Part shown: in pieces, positions 11,701 to 21,666 of the stretch
Numbering within the stretch: position 1 is the stretch's first letter
How the letters are laid out: every line of letters starts with the position of its first letter
Assembly: GCF_001677475.2 (NCBI RefSeq)
Contig: NZ_CP015229.1
DNA length: 64,000 nt
Reading direction: 5' to 3' (one strand)
From: Escherichia coli
Lineage (GTDB): Bacteria; Pseudomonadota; Gammaproteobacteria; Enterobacterales; Enterobacteriaceae
Translations under genes and position numbers: made by a program
Notes under the pieces: model-generated
The model's database searches: none
Told to the model about the DNA's origin: nothing
What the model saw: only the letters and a program-made list of their open reading frames with translations

Positions 11701-13272
11701 ATGAGGGACATTGTGGACCCTGTATTCTCTATCGGTATCTCATCATTATGGGATGAGCTGCGACATATGCCAGCAGGCGGCGTCTGGTGGTTTAACGTCG
11801 ATCGCCATGAAGATGCTATCAGTCTGGCGAATCAAACAATTGCATCCCAGGCTGAAACCGCACACGTCGCGGTCATTAGCATGGACAGCGATCCGGCGAA
11901 AATCTTTCAATTAGATGATTCTCAAGGGCCGGAAAAAATAAAATTATTTTCAATGCTAAATCATGAAAAAGGTCTATACTATTTGGCCCGTGATTTGCAG
12001 TGTTCTATTGAACCCCATAATTACCTTTTTATTCTTGTTTGCGCAAATAACGCATGGCAAAACATTCCTGCCGAGCGGCTTCGCTCATGGTTGGATAAAA
12101 TGAATAAATGGAGCAGGTTAAACCATTGTTCGCTTTTGGTAATTAATCCCGGAAATAATAACGATAAACAATTTTCATTGTTGCTTGAGGAATACCGTTC
12201 ACTTTTTGGTCTTGCCAGTTTGCGTTTTCAGGGTGACCAACATTTGCTGGATATTGCCTTCTGGTGCAACGAAAAAGGGGTTAGCGCCCGTCAGCAGCTT
12301 AGCGTTCAGCAACAAAATGGTATCTGGACATTAGTTCAAAGCGAAGAGGCGGAGATCCAACCACGCAGCGACGAAAAACGCATTCTGAGTAATGTTGCTG
12401 TACTGGAAGGTGCGCCGCCGCTATCGGAACACTGGCAACTGTTCAACAATAACGAAGTTCTGTTCAATGAAGCCCGTACCGCTCAGGCGGCGACGGTGGT
12501 CTTTTCTTTACAGCAAAATGCGCAAATCGAGCCACTGGCCCGCAGCATTCATACTCTGCGTCGCCAGCGCGGTAGTGCGATGAAAATCCTCGTACGGGAA
12601 AATACCGCAAGCCTGCGCGCCACCGATGAACGTTTGTTATTGGCCTGCGGTGCAAATATGGTTATCCCGTGGAATGCGCCACTCTCCCGTTGTCTGACGA
12701 TGATCGAAAGCGTGCAAGGGCAGAAGTTTAGTCGCTATGTGCCGGAAGATATCACTACCTTGCTGTCAATGACCCAGCCGCTCAAACTGCGTGGTTTCCA
12801 GAAGTGGGATGTGTTCTGTAATGCCGTCAACAACATGATGAATAACCCTCTATTACCTGCCCACGGTAAAGGCGTTCTGGTTGCCCTACGTCCGGTACCG
12901 GGTATCCGCGTTGAACAAGCCCTGACGCTGTGTCGCCCTAACCGTACCGGCGATATCATGACCATTGGCGGTAATCGGCTGGTGCTGTTTCTCTCATTCT
13001 GTCGGATTAACGATCTGGATACCGCGTTGAATCATATTTTCCCATTGCCTACTGGCGACATTTTCTCAAACCGTATGGTCTGGTTTGAAGATGATCAAAT
13101 CAGTGCCGAGCTGGTGCAGATGCGCCTGCTTGCCCCAGAACAATGGGGCATGCCGCTGCCTTTAACGCAAAATTCTAAACCGGTCATTAATGCCGAGCAC
13201 GATGGTCGCCACTGGCGACGAATACCAGAACCCATGCGACTGTTAGATGATGCTGTGGAGCGCTCATCATGA
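11701..13272 (+). CDS. bcsE: BcsE (YhjS), c-di-GMP-binding cellulose secretion protein
   Basis: 523-aa ORF, first gene of the divergent bcsEFG unit; length matches BcsE. Confidence 0.9.
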
Positions 13273-13460
13273 TGACCATCAGCGATATCATTGAAATTAT
13301 TGTCGTTTGCGCACTGATATTTTTCCCGCTGGGCTATCTGGCGCGGCACTCTTTGCGACGCATTCGCGACACCTTACGTTTGTTCTTTGCTAAACCTCGT
13401 TATGTTAAACCGGCCGGGACGTTACGCCGCACGGAAAAAGCCAGGGCAACCAAAAAATGA
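13269..13460 (+). CDS. bcsF: BcsF (YhjT), small membrane protein
   Basis: 63-aa ORF with a single hydrophobic helix ([19 protein letters not shown]); start overlaps bcsE stop and stop overlaps bcsG start. Confidence 0.8.
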
Positions 13461-15136
13461 CTCAATTTACGCAAAATACCGCCATGCCTTCTTCCCTCTG
13501 GCAATACTGGCGCGGCCTTTCCGGCTGGAACTTCTATTTTCTGGTTAAGTTCGGCCTGTTGTGGGCAGGATATCTTAACTTCCATCCGCTCCTCAATCTG
13601 GTGTTTGCCGCGTTTCTGCTGATGCCCATTCCGCGCTACAGCCTGCATCGCTTACGCCACTGGATTGCCCTGCCGATCGGCTTTGCTTTGTTCTGGCATG
13701 ACACCTGGTTGCCTGGCCCGGAAAGCATAATGAGCCAGGGTTCGCAGGTGGCGGGGTTCAGTACCGATTATTTAATCGACCTTGTCACACGCTTTATTAA
13801 CTGGCAGATGATTGGGGCCATTTTTGTTTTATTAGTGGCCTGGTTATTCCTGTCACAATGGATTCGCATTACCGTTTTTGTGGTTGCCATTCTGCTATGG
13901 CTGAACGTACTTACCCTGGCGGGACCAAGTTTCTCCTTGTGGCCAGCCGGTCAACCGACGACCACTGTAACAACGACGGGTGGTAACGCAGCGGCAACCG
14001 TTGCGGCGACGGGTGGCGCACCGGTAGTGGGTGATATGCCCGCACAAACTGCACCGCCAACAACGGCGAACCTTAACGCCTGGCTGAATAATTTCTATAA
14101 CGCGGAGGCGAAACGTAAATCGACCTTCCCGTCTTCGCTGCCCGCTGATGCTCAGCCATTTGAACTACTGGTGATTAATATCTGTTCGCTTTCCTGGTCG
14201 GATATTGAAGCCGCCGGGTTGATGTCGCATCCGCTGTGGTCACATTTCGATATTGAGTTCAAGAACTTTAACTCCGCCACCTCCTACAGTGGCCCGGCGG
14301 CGATCCGTTTACTGCGCGCCAGCTGCGGGCAGACTTCGCATACTAATCTGTATCAACCGGCAAATAATGACTGCTATCTGTTTGATAACCTGTCGAAACT
14401 GGGCTTTACCCAGCACCTGATGATGGGACATAACGGCCAGTTCGGCGGTTTTTTGAAAGAAGTTCGCGAAAATGGCGGCATGCAGAGCGAATTGATGGAT
14501 CAAACAAATCTGCCGGTTATTTTGCTGGGCTTTGATGGTTCGCCGGTTTATGACGATACCGCCGTGCTTAACCGCTGGCTGGACGTTACCGAAAAAGATA
14601 AAAACAGCCGTAGTGCCACGTTCTATAACACGCTTCCACTGCATGACGGCAACCATTATCCGGGCGTCAGCAAAACAGCGGATTACAAAGCGCGGGCGCA
14701 GAAATTCTTTGATGAACTGGACGCCTTCTTTACTGAACTGGAGAAATCGGGTCGTAAAGTGATGGTGGTCGTGGTGCCGGAACACGGTGGCGCGCTGAAG
14801 GGCGACAGAATGCAGGTATCTGGCCTACGTGATATCCCTAGCCCGTCTATCACAGACGTCCCCGTTGGGGTGAAATTCTTCGGCATGAAGGCACCACATC
14901 AGGGGGCACCGATTGTCATCGACCAACCGAGCAGCTTCCTGGCTATCTCCGATCTAGTGGTTCGCGTTCTTGATGGCAAGATTTTCTCCGAAGACAATGT
15001 TGACTGGAAAAAACTCACCAGTGGGTTACCACAAACAGCACCGGTCTCCGAGAACTCAAATGCAGTAGTTATTCAATACCAGGATAAACCGTACGTTCGC
15101 CTGAACGGCGGCGACTGGGTGCCTTACCCGCAATAA
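13457..15136 (+). CDS. bcsG: BcsG (YhjU), phosphoethanolamine transferase for cellulose modification
   Basis: 559-aa ORF with multiple N-terminal TM helices and a C-terminal periplasmic domain; matches BcsG in length and position. Confidence 0.9.
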
Positions 15137-15140
15137 GAAC

Positions 15141-15172
15141 GAAAAAGGCCGCAGAGTTTCACCCCTGCGGCC
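15141..15172 (-). terminator. rho-independent terminator of ldr copy 1; the same hairpin follows the bcsG stop on the + strand
   Basis: Perfect 8-bp stem GGCCGCAG/CTGCGGCC (15147..15172) followed on the minus strand by a T-run (A-run 15142..15146 on plus). Confidence 0.6.
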
Positions 15173-15222
15173 TGGTCCGGGCGCAAATTGCCATTACGGC
15201 AGCCTGACGCCCGCATGACACG

Positions 15223-15330
15223 TTACTTCCGCTTGTTCAGCCAGTTCACGATCATACTGGCAAGAATGCCAGCAATGACCGGAGCCGCTAAATCATGCCA
15301 GAAGGCCATGCCCAGCTCTGCGAGCGTCAT
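15223..15330 (-). CDS. ldrD: Ldr-family type I toxin peptide (35 aa), copy 1
   Basis: ATG at 15330..15328, stop TAA at 15225..15223; by 483-bp periodicity with copy 2 it encodes an MTLAELGMAFWHDLAAPVIAGILASMIVNWLNKRK-type peptide, a close match to LdrD as I remember it. Below the 60-aa track cutoff. K-12 has one ldrD at this position. Confidence 0.8.
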   Translation of the reverse strand: MTLAELGMAFWHDLAAPVIAGILASMIVNWLNKRK

Positions 15331-15629
15331 ATAGCCGCCTGTGTTGTAATGACAACGTTTCGCGGCTATTCTTGAGTGGTCTAGGTTCAAGATTAGCCCC
15401 CGTTATGTTGTCAGGTGCATACCTGCAACGTGCGGGGGTTTTCTCTCTCCAGCAACCAATGCCACCAGGGATAAAGCCCCCGCAACATTGCGCCTCACCG
15501 GAACCCTTCCGGCTTGCCGCTGATTCTACGACTGTTTTTCTGTTCCGGAATCCGTCACGTCTTCACTCTGTGCTGCGCATTCCGCAGAATATTATCCGCG
15601 TGCAATCGTTGCATTTTTCTTACGAAAAA

Positions 15630-15655
15630 GGCCGCAGAGTTTCACCCCTGCGGCC
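15630..15655 (-). terminator. rho-independent terminator of ldr copy 2
   Basis: Second copy of the GGCCGCAG...CTGCGGCC hairpin, preceded on plus by AAAAA (15625..15629). Confidence 0.55.
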
Positions 15656-15705
15656 TGGTCCGGGCGCAAATTGCCATTACGGCAGCCTGACGCCCGCATG
15701 ACACG

Positions 15706-15813
15706 TTACTTCCGCTTGTTCAGCCAGTTCACGATCATACTGGCAAGAATGCCAGCAATGACCGGAGCCGCTAAATCATGCCAGAAGGCCATGCCCAGTT
15801 CTGCGAGCGTCAT
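15706..15813 (-). CDS. Ldr-family type I toxin peptide (35 aa), copy 2
   Basis: C-terminal 35 residues of track ORF 15706..15981; ATG verified at 15813..15811 and stop at 15708..15706. Confidence 0.8.
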   Translation of the reverse strand: MTLAELGMAFWHDLAAPVIAGILASMIVNWLNKRK

Positions 15814-16288
15814 ATAGCCGCCTGTGTTGTAATGACAACGTTTCGCGGCTATTCTTGAGTTGTTCAGGTTCAAGAATGGCCCCCGTGATGTTGTCAGGTG
15901 CATACCTGCAACGTGCGGGGGTTTTCTCTCTCCAGCAACCAATGCCACCAGGGATAAAGCCCCCGCAACATTGCGCCTCACCGGAACCCTTCCGGCTTGC
16001 CGCTGATTTTACGATTGCTTTTTACTGTCAGCACCCGGCAATCTTCCTCATTGCGTGATGCCTTCCAGCTTAATTTCTTAATTTGCAATAGTTGCAGTTC
16101 ATATCCGGGCTGACTCCAGACTGGTAGTGAAATGCGCAATTTTGTAGAATTGCGCCTCCTCGCGACCTCCCCAGTGAATCTGTTGCCTCATTTTTTACAT
16201 ACTGCGTATTCGACTTCTCCACCTGTTGCGCAAGAGAAACTGGGTTTATTCATTTTTGCGAGGCCGACTTCTTTCTGGACAGGACTTT

Positions 16289-17560
16289 ATGCAGCACAAC
16301 ACACTACCGAAACACGATCAGAAAATGCCGTTTACACGCTACGACTTCGGCTGGGTTTTATTATGTATAGGCATGGCGATTGGTGCCGGAACCGTGCTGA
16401 TGCCAGTACAAATTGGCTTGAAGGGAATTTGGGTATTTATTACCGCAGCGATCATTGCTTATCCTGCCACCTGGGTAGTGCAGGACATTTATTTAAAAAC
16501 CCTTTCTGAAAGCGATTCCTGTAATGACTACACCGATATTATCAGTCATTACCTGGGGAAGAACTGGGGAATTTTCCTCGGGGTTATCTACTTTTTGATG
16601 ATTATCCACGGGATTTTTATCTACTCTCTCTCCGTGGTTTTCGACAGCGCCTCGTACCTGAAAACCTTCGGTTTAACCGATGCCGATCTTTCACAATCTC
16701 TACTTTATAAAGTCGCTATTTTCGCCGTACTGGTGGCGATTGCGTCTGGTGGTGAACGATTACTGTTTAAGATTTCCGGGCCAATGGTGGTGGTCAAAGT
16801 AGGGATTATTGTCGTGTTCGGTTTTGCGATGATCCCGCACTGGAATTTCGCCAATATAACCGCCTTCCCGCAAGCCTCCGTCTTTTTCCGCGATGTCCTG
16901 CTTACCATTCCATTTTGCTTCTTTTCTGCAGTATTTATTCAGGTACTTAACCCAATGAATATTGCCTATCGTAAACGGGAAGCGGATAAAGTACTGGCAA
17001 CCCGGCTCGCGCTGCGTACCCACCGAATTAGTTATATCACGCTCATCGCGGTGATCCTGTTTTTTGCCTTTTCGTTTACCTTCTCAATTAGCCACGAAGA
17101 AGCCGTTTCTGCCTTTGAACAAAATATCTCGGCACTGGCACTGGCCGCGCAGGTGATCCCTGGGCATATCATTCATATCACCTCTACGGTGCTGAATATC
17201 TTTGCCGTACTGACCGCATTCTTTGGCATTTATCTCGGTTTCCACGAGGCTATTAAAGGCATTATTCTCAATCTGTTAAGCCGAATTATTGATACCAAGA
17301 AAATTAACTCACGCATGCTGACTCTGGCGATCTGCGCTTTTATCGTCATTACGTTGACGATTTGGGTTTCGTTTCGTGTATCGGTGCTGGTGTTCTTTCA
17401 GTTGGGAAGCCCGTTATATGGCATTGTGTCGTGCCTCATTCCATTTTTCCTGATCTATAAAGTCGCACAACTGGAAAAACTTCGCGGGTTTAAAGCCTGG
17501 CTGATTCTGCTGTACGGCATTTTGTTATGCTTGTCGCCACTGTTGAAGCTGATTGAGTAA
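16289..17560 (+). CDS. yhjV: inner-membrane transporter YhjV (HAAAP / amino-acid permease-like family)
   Basis: 423 aa from ATG 16289 ([12 protein letters not shown]), preceded by AGGAC; polytopic membrane protein matching YhjV in length and position. Confidence 0.9.
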   Translation: MQHNTLPKHDQKMPFTRYDFGWVLLCIGMAIGAGTVLMPVQIGLKGIWVFITAAIIAYPATWVVQDIYLKTLSESDSCNDYTDIISHYLGKNWGIFLGVIYFLMIIHGIFIYSLSVVFDSASYLKTFGLTDADLSQSLLYKVAIFAVLVAIASGGERLLFKISGPMVVVKVGIIVVFGFAMIPHWNFANITAFPQASVFFRDVLLTIPFCFFSAVFIQVLNPMNIAYRKREADKVLATRLALRTHRISYITLIAVILFFAFSFTFSISHEEAVSAFEQNISALALAAQVIPGHIIHITSTVLNIFAVLTAFFGIYLGFHEAIKGIILNLLSRIIDTKKINSRMLTLAICAFIVITLTIWVSFRVSVLVFFQLGSPLYGIVSCLIPFFLIYKVAQLEKLRGFKAWLILLYGILLCLSPLLKLIE

Positions 17561-17584
17561 ACCGGAGCGCATGGCCCCGGTTTT
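17561..17584 (+). terminator. candidate terminator between convergent yhjV and dppF
   Basis: Imperfect hairpin ACCGGAGC...GCCCCGGT followed by TTTT immediately after the yhjV stop. Confidence 0.4.
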
Positions 17585-17589
17585 GTGAG

Positions 17590-18594
17590 TTAACGCTGCG
17601 GATTTTCATCCTGATCAACAGCAAAACAAGCTACCAGTTGACCGCCGTAGTCTTTTAGCTGCGGCTGCAACTGGGTGCAGGGGCCGAAGCGCCGACGACA
17701 GCGGGCGTTAAACGCGCAGCCCGGCGGTGGATTGAGCGGGCTTGGCAGTTCACCGGTGAGCTTGATGCGCTCGCGGCGATCGTCCGGGTTCAGGCGCGGC
17801 GTCGCGGAGAGTAGCGCCTGAGTGTACGGATGACGCGGGTTATTGAAGATTTGGTCCTTCGTTCCCTTCTCCACGCAGCGGCCCAAGTACATCACCATCA
17901 CTTCATCGGCAATGTGCTCAACCACTGACAGGTCGTGCGAGATAAAGACATAAGACAGCCCCAACTCCTGCTGCAAATCCATCATCAGATTCAGCACCTG
18001 CGCACGCACTGAAACGTCCAGCGCGGAAACCGGTTCATCGGCAATCACCACATCCGGGTCGAGCATCAGACCTCGGGCAATGGCGATACGCTGACGCTGA
18101 CCGCCGGAGAACATATGCGGATAGCGGTCGTAATGCTCGGTTTTCAGGCCGACTTTCGCCATCATCGACAGGGCTTTTTCCCGACGCTGTTCTTTGCTTA
18201 AGCTGGTGTTGATCAGCAGCGGCTCTTCGAGAATTTGCCCAACTTTTTTACGCGGATTCAGCGAACCGTAAGGGTTCTGGAAGACAATCTGGATTTTCTG
18301 CCGACGCAGCTTCTGCGCCTGCGGATCGTGCTTAAGCAGATCCTGCCCCTGGTAATACAGCTCGCCGCCGGTGGGCGTTTCAATCATCGTCAGCAACCGA
18401 CCGAGGGTCGATTTACCGCAGCCAGATTCGCCCACTACTGCCAGCGTTTTGCCACGTTCAAGGTTAAACGAAACACCATCCAGCGCCTTCACCAGACGTT
18501 CCGGTGCGAACATACCTTTCTTCACCGGATAATGTTTTTTCAGGTCGATAGCCTGCAACAGCGGTTGTTGCGAGGTGGCCTCTTGCGTACTCAT
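17590..18594 (-). CDS. dppF: dipeptide ABC transporter ATP-binding protein DppF
   Basis: 334 aa with Walker [10 protein letters not shown] and ABC signature LSGGQRQR; last gene of the dpp operon. Confidence 0.95.
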   Translation of the reverse strand: MSTQEATSQQPLLQAIDLKKHYPVKKGMFAPERLVKALDGVSFNLERGKTLAVVGESGCGKSTLGRLLTMIETPTGGELYYQGQDLLKHDPQAQKLRRQKIQIVFQNPYGSLNPRKKVGQILEEPLLINTSLSKEQRREKALSMMAKVGLKTEHYDRYPHMFSGGQRQRIAIARGLMLDPDVVIADEPVSALDVSVRAQVLNLMMDLQQELGLSYVFISHDLSVVEHIADEVMVMYLGRCVEKGTKDQIFNNPRHPYTQALLSATPRLNPDDRRERIKLTGELPSPLNPPPGCAFNARCRRRFGPCTQLQPQLKDYGGQLVACFAVDQDENPQR

Positions 18595-19574
18595 AGTGTG
18601 GGCCTCCCGGCATCATCAAGTGGGTAATGGCATTTGGACTGACGCCCGTCAGCGAGCATATTCAGCGCCGGTTCTTCAGCACGGCATTTGTCAGTGGCGT
18701 AGGGGCAGCGCGGGTTAAGCAGGCAGCCGTTCGGGCGGTCATACTTGCCAGGAACAACACCTGGCAACGACGCCAGACGTTCTTTGTCCTGAGCAAATTC
18801 CGGCAGCGCACGCAGCAATGCCTGAGTATACGGGTGACGCGGCGCATGGAAGATGGCGTGCGCATCGCCCGTTTCCACCACCTGACCTGCATACATCACG
18901 ATGATTTTATGTGCCGCTTCCGCCACCAGCGCCAGGTCATGAGTGATCAACACCAGCGCCATGTTCTCTTTCTGCTGTAGCTCCAGCAGCAGTTCGATAA
19001 TTTGCGCCTGAATGGTCACGTCCAGCGCAGTGGTTGGTTCATCGGCAATCAGCAGCTTTGGCCGACAGGCAATCGCCATGGCGATCATCACGCGCTGGCT
19101 CATGCCGCCGGAAAGCTGATGCGGGTAAACATCCAAACGCGAAGCCGGATCGGGAATACCGACCAGATTCAGCAGGTCAATCGCTCGCTGACGGCGGGTA
19201 CTTTTGTTGCCGCCCTGATGCACCTTAATCGCTTCCATGATCTGGAAACCCACGGTGTAGCACGGGTTAAGGCTGGTCATCGGGTCCTGGAAGATCATCG
19301 CCACTTCGGCACCCACCAGGTTGCGGCGCTCTTTTTCTGAGATACGCTGTAAATCCTGACCGTTAAACTCCAGCTTTTCCGCCATTACGCGGCCCGGATA
19401 ATCAATCAGCCCCATAATCGCCAGCGAACTGACCGATTTACCAGAGCCGGACTCACCCACAATCCCGACCACTTCGCCCTGTTTTACGCTGTAGCTGATG
19501 CGGTCTACGGCGCGGAACGGTGCGCTTTCGTCACCGAAATGCACCGATAATTTATCTACATTTAATAACGCCAT
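18591..19574 (-). CDS. dppD: dipeptide ABC transporter ATP-binding protein DppD
   Basis: 327 aa with Walker A GESGSGKS and signature LSGGMSQR; stop overlaps dppF start. Confidence 0.95.
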   Translation of the reverse strand: MALLNVDKLSVHFGDESAPFRAVDRISYSVKQGEVVGIVGESGSGKSVSSLAIMGLIDYPGRVMAEKLEFNGQDLQRISEKERRNLVGAEVAMIFQDPMTSLNPCYTVGFQIMEAIKVHQGGNKSTRRQRAIDLLNLVGIPDPASRLDVYPHQLSGGMSQRVMIAMAIACRPKLLIADEPTTALDVTIQAQIIELLLELQQKENMALVLITHDLALVAEAAHKIIVMYAGQVVETGDAHAIFHAPRHPYTQALLRALPEFAQDKERLASLPGVVPGKYDRPNGCLLNPRCPYATDKCRAEEPALNMLADGRQSKCHYPLDDAGRPTL

Positions 19575-19584
19575 CTCGAACCTC

Positions 19585-20487
19585 TTACTGCTTCAGTTTG
19601 GGATCGAGCGCGTCACGCAGACCGTCACCCATCAGGTTAAATGCCAGCACCGTCAGCAGGATCGCCAGACCCGGGAAGGTCACGACCCACCAGGCGCTTT
19701 GCGCGAACTGCAACACATCGGAGAGCATGGTGCCCCACTCCGGCGTTGGCGGCTGCGCTCCCATGCCGAGGAAGCCAAGGGCGGCCATATCGAGAATGGC
19801 GTTAGAGAAACCGAGCGACGCCTGAACAATCAGCGGCGCAAGGCAGTTCGGGAAGATGTTTATAAACATCTGGCGCATCGCCCCGGCACCCGCCACGCGA
19901 GACGCGGTAACGTAATCGCGATTCACCTCCACCAGCACGGCGGCGCGGGTTAAGCGCACATAGTGCGGCAAGGCAACGAAGGTTAGCGCCAGCGCGGCGT
20001 TACCAATCGACGGGCCGAAAATCGCCACCAGCACCAGTGCCAACAGCAGACTTGGCAGCGCCAGCATGATATCGACCACGCGCATGATGATGTTATCGAC
20101 CAGACCGCCAAAGTAACCGGCGATCAGGCCGAGAATAACGCCCATAATCAGCGATAACACAACTACCAGACAGCCAACCAGCAGCGACAAGCGCGCGCCG
20201 TACATCAGCCGCGACAGCACATCACGGCCTACGTCATCGGTGCCCAGCAAGTGCGCCATGCTGCCGCCTTCCTGCCAGGCTGGCGGGGCGAGCAGTGCAT
20301 CGCGGAACTGTTCCGCCGGGTTATAGGGTGCAATCCAGTTGGCAAAGATCGCGATAAACAGCACGATGACGACGTAAACCAGCCCGACAACCGCGCCTTT
20401 GTTGCGTTTAAAATAGTGCCAGAACTCCTGTAACGGGGTCATCGGCACCGGTGCGCTAATCACTTTATTTTCAGTAACCTGTGACAT
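19585..20487 (-). CDS. dppC: dipeptide ABC transporter permease DppC
   Basis: 300-aa polytopic permease between dppB and dppD. Confidence 0.95.
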   Translation of the reverse strand: MSQVTENKVISAPVPMTPLQEFWHYFKRNKGAVVGLVYVVIVLFIAIFANWIAPYNPAEQFRDALLAPPAWQEGGSMAHLLGTDDVGRDVLSRLMYGARLSLLVGCLVVVLSLIMGVILGLIAGYFGGLVDNIIMRVVDIMLALPSLLLALVLVAIFGPSIGNAALALTFVALPHYVRLTRAAVLVEVNRDYVTASRVAGAGAMRQMFINIFPNCLAPLIVQASLGFSNAILDMAALGFLGMGAQPPTPEWGTMLSDVLQFAQSAWWVVTFPGLAILLTVLAFNLMGDGLRDALDPKLKQ

Positions 20488-20496
20488 GATGTCCCC

Positions 20497-21516
20497 TTAC
20501 TTCTTATGACGAATACGCGGGTTCACCACGCCGTACAGCAGATCGACCAGCAGATTGACGAGGATAATCATCGTCGCCACCAGCAATACGCCACCCTGCA
20601 CTACCGGATAATCGCGGCGTTGCAGTGCGTCAATCAACCAGCGCCCCAGACCAGGCCACGAGAAGATGGTTTCGGTCAGAATCGCCCCCGCCAGCAATGT
20701 TCCCACCTGAAGGCCGATAACGGTCACTACCGGCAGCATCGCGTTACGCAGCGCGTGGACGATAATCACCCTAAGGCGGGTCAACCCTTTGGCGCGCGCG
20801 GTGCGGATATAATCTTCACCCAGCACTTCAAGCATCGAGGAGCGCGTCATACGCACAATCACCGCCAGCGGTATCGTACCCAGCACAATGGCGGGCAGGA
20901 TCATATGCGCGACGGCATCGATAAAGTTACCGTCTTCACCCCAGATGGCGGTGTCGATTAGCATAAAACCGGTTAACGGATTGGAATCATCGAGGAACAC
21001 CATGTCGCTCACGCGACCGGAGACGGGCGTCAGGTTCCAGTGCACCGAAACCAGCATGATCAGCATCATGCCCCACCAGAAGATCGGCATCGAGTAGCCG
21101 GTCAGCGCCAGACCAACCGCCGTGTGATCGAAAATGGAACCGCGTTTAACCGCAGCCAGCACACCGACCGGAATACCGACCGCAGTCGCAAAAATCATCG
21201 CGCAGACACCAAGCTCCAGCGTGGCCTGAAAGCGCGGCACGAACTCTTCCCAAACCGGGATGCGGCTTTTCATCGAAATGCCTAAATCGCCGTGCATTAC
21301 GCTCCAAATGTAATTGAGATACTGCTGCCACATCGGTTTATCTAAGCCGAGTTCAGCCAGCAGCTGCGCGTGACGCTCTGGGGAGATCCCACGTTCGCCC
21401 GCCATGATCATCACCGGATCGCCGGGGATCATGTGGACAAAGGCAAAGGTGAGAAGGGTAATACCGATAAACGTGGGGATGACGAGTCCCAAACGTCGGA
21501 GAATAAACTGCAACAT
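20497..21516 (-). CDS. dppB: dipeptide ABC transporter permease DppB
   Basis: 339 aa from ATG verified at 21516..21514 (MLQFILRRLGL); the track ORF carries a 21-codon upstream extension. Confidence 0.95.
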   Translation of the reverse strand: MLQFILRRLGLVIPTFIGITLLTFAFVHMIPGDPVMIMAGERGISPERHAQLLAELGLDKPMWQQYLNYIWSVMHGDLGISMKSRIPVWEEFVPRFQATLELGVCAMIFATAVGIPVGVLAAVKRGSIFDHTAVGLALTGYSMPIFWWGMMLIMLVSVHWNLTPVSGRVSDMVFLDDSNPLTGFMLIDTAIWGEDGNFIDAVAHMILPAIVLGTIPLAVIVRMTRSSMLEVLGEDYIRTARAKGLTRLRVIIVHALRNAMLPVVTVIGLQVGTLLAGAILTETIFSWPGLGRWLIDALQRRDYPVVQGGVLLVATMIILVNLLVDLLYGVVNPRIRHKK

Positions 21517-21622
21517 AACCCGGATTCTCTGTAGTGACCCGCAGCCTGGAACTGCGTGTCTGTATTGCTCACAAATCAATTCCCGCCCGTGCCGGACAGG
21601 GAATGAAGTATTGCTGCCGGAT

Positions 21623-21648
21623 GGCGCTGCACGCAGAGATGCAGCGCC
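21623..21648 (-). promoter_or_regulatory. intercistronic stem-loop in the dppA-dppB spacer
   Basis: Perfect 9-bp palindrome GGCGCTGCA..TGCAGCGCC, plus a second hairpin TTCCC..GGGAA nearby, in the 150-bp dppA-dppB gap. Confidence 0.4.
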
Positions 21649-21666
21649 ACCGGGTATGGCTTTTAA

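Larger units (their letters stand above)
15137..16015. repeat. tandem direct duplication (period 483 bp, two copies) of an ldr/rdl-type module
   Basis: Copy 1 (15137..15520) and copy 2 (15620..16015) are near-identical, including the hairpin GGCCGCAG...CTGCGGCC and the 35-codon ldr ORF. Hairpin, stop and ATG positions are all offset by exactly 483 bp. Confidence 0.85.

Noticed and set aside
15706-15981. 91-aa extended version of the second ldr ORF
   Set aside because: Only the last 35 codons match Ldr toxins; the extension reads through the ldr leader and has no equivalent in copy 1.
15137-16015. Possible CRISPR array suggested by the direct repeats
   Set aside because: Only two copies with a 483-bp period, each containing an ORF and terminator; no short repeat-spacer architecture and no cas genes anywhere in the window.
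15372-16058. Plus-strand ORFs 15372..15701 (109 aa) and 15855..16058 (67 aa) with near-identical N-termini
   Set aside because: They are the same sequence read twice from the two ldr/rdl repeat units and overlap the expected ldr leader / Rdl RNA region; most likely non-coding.
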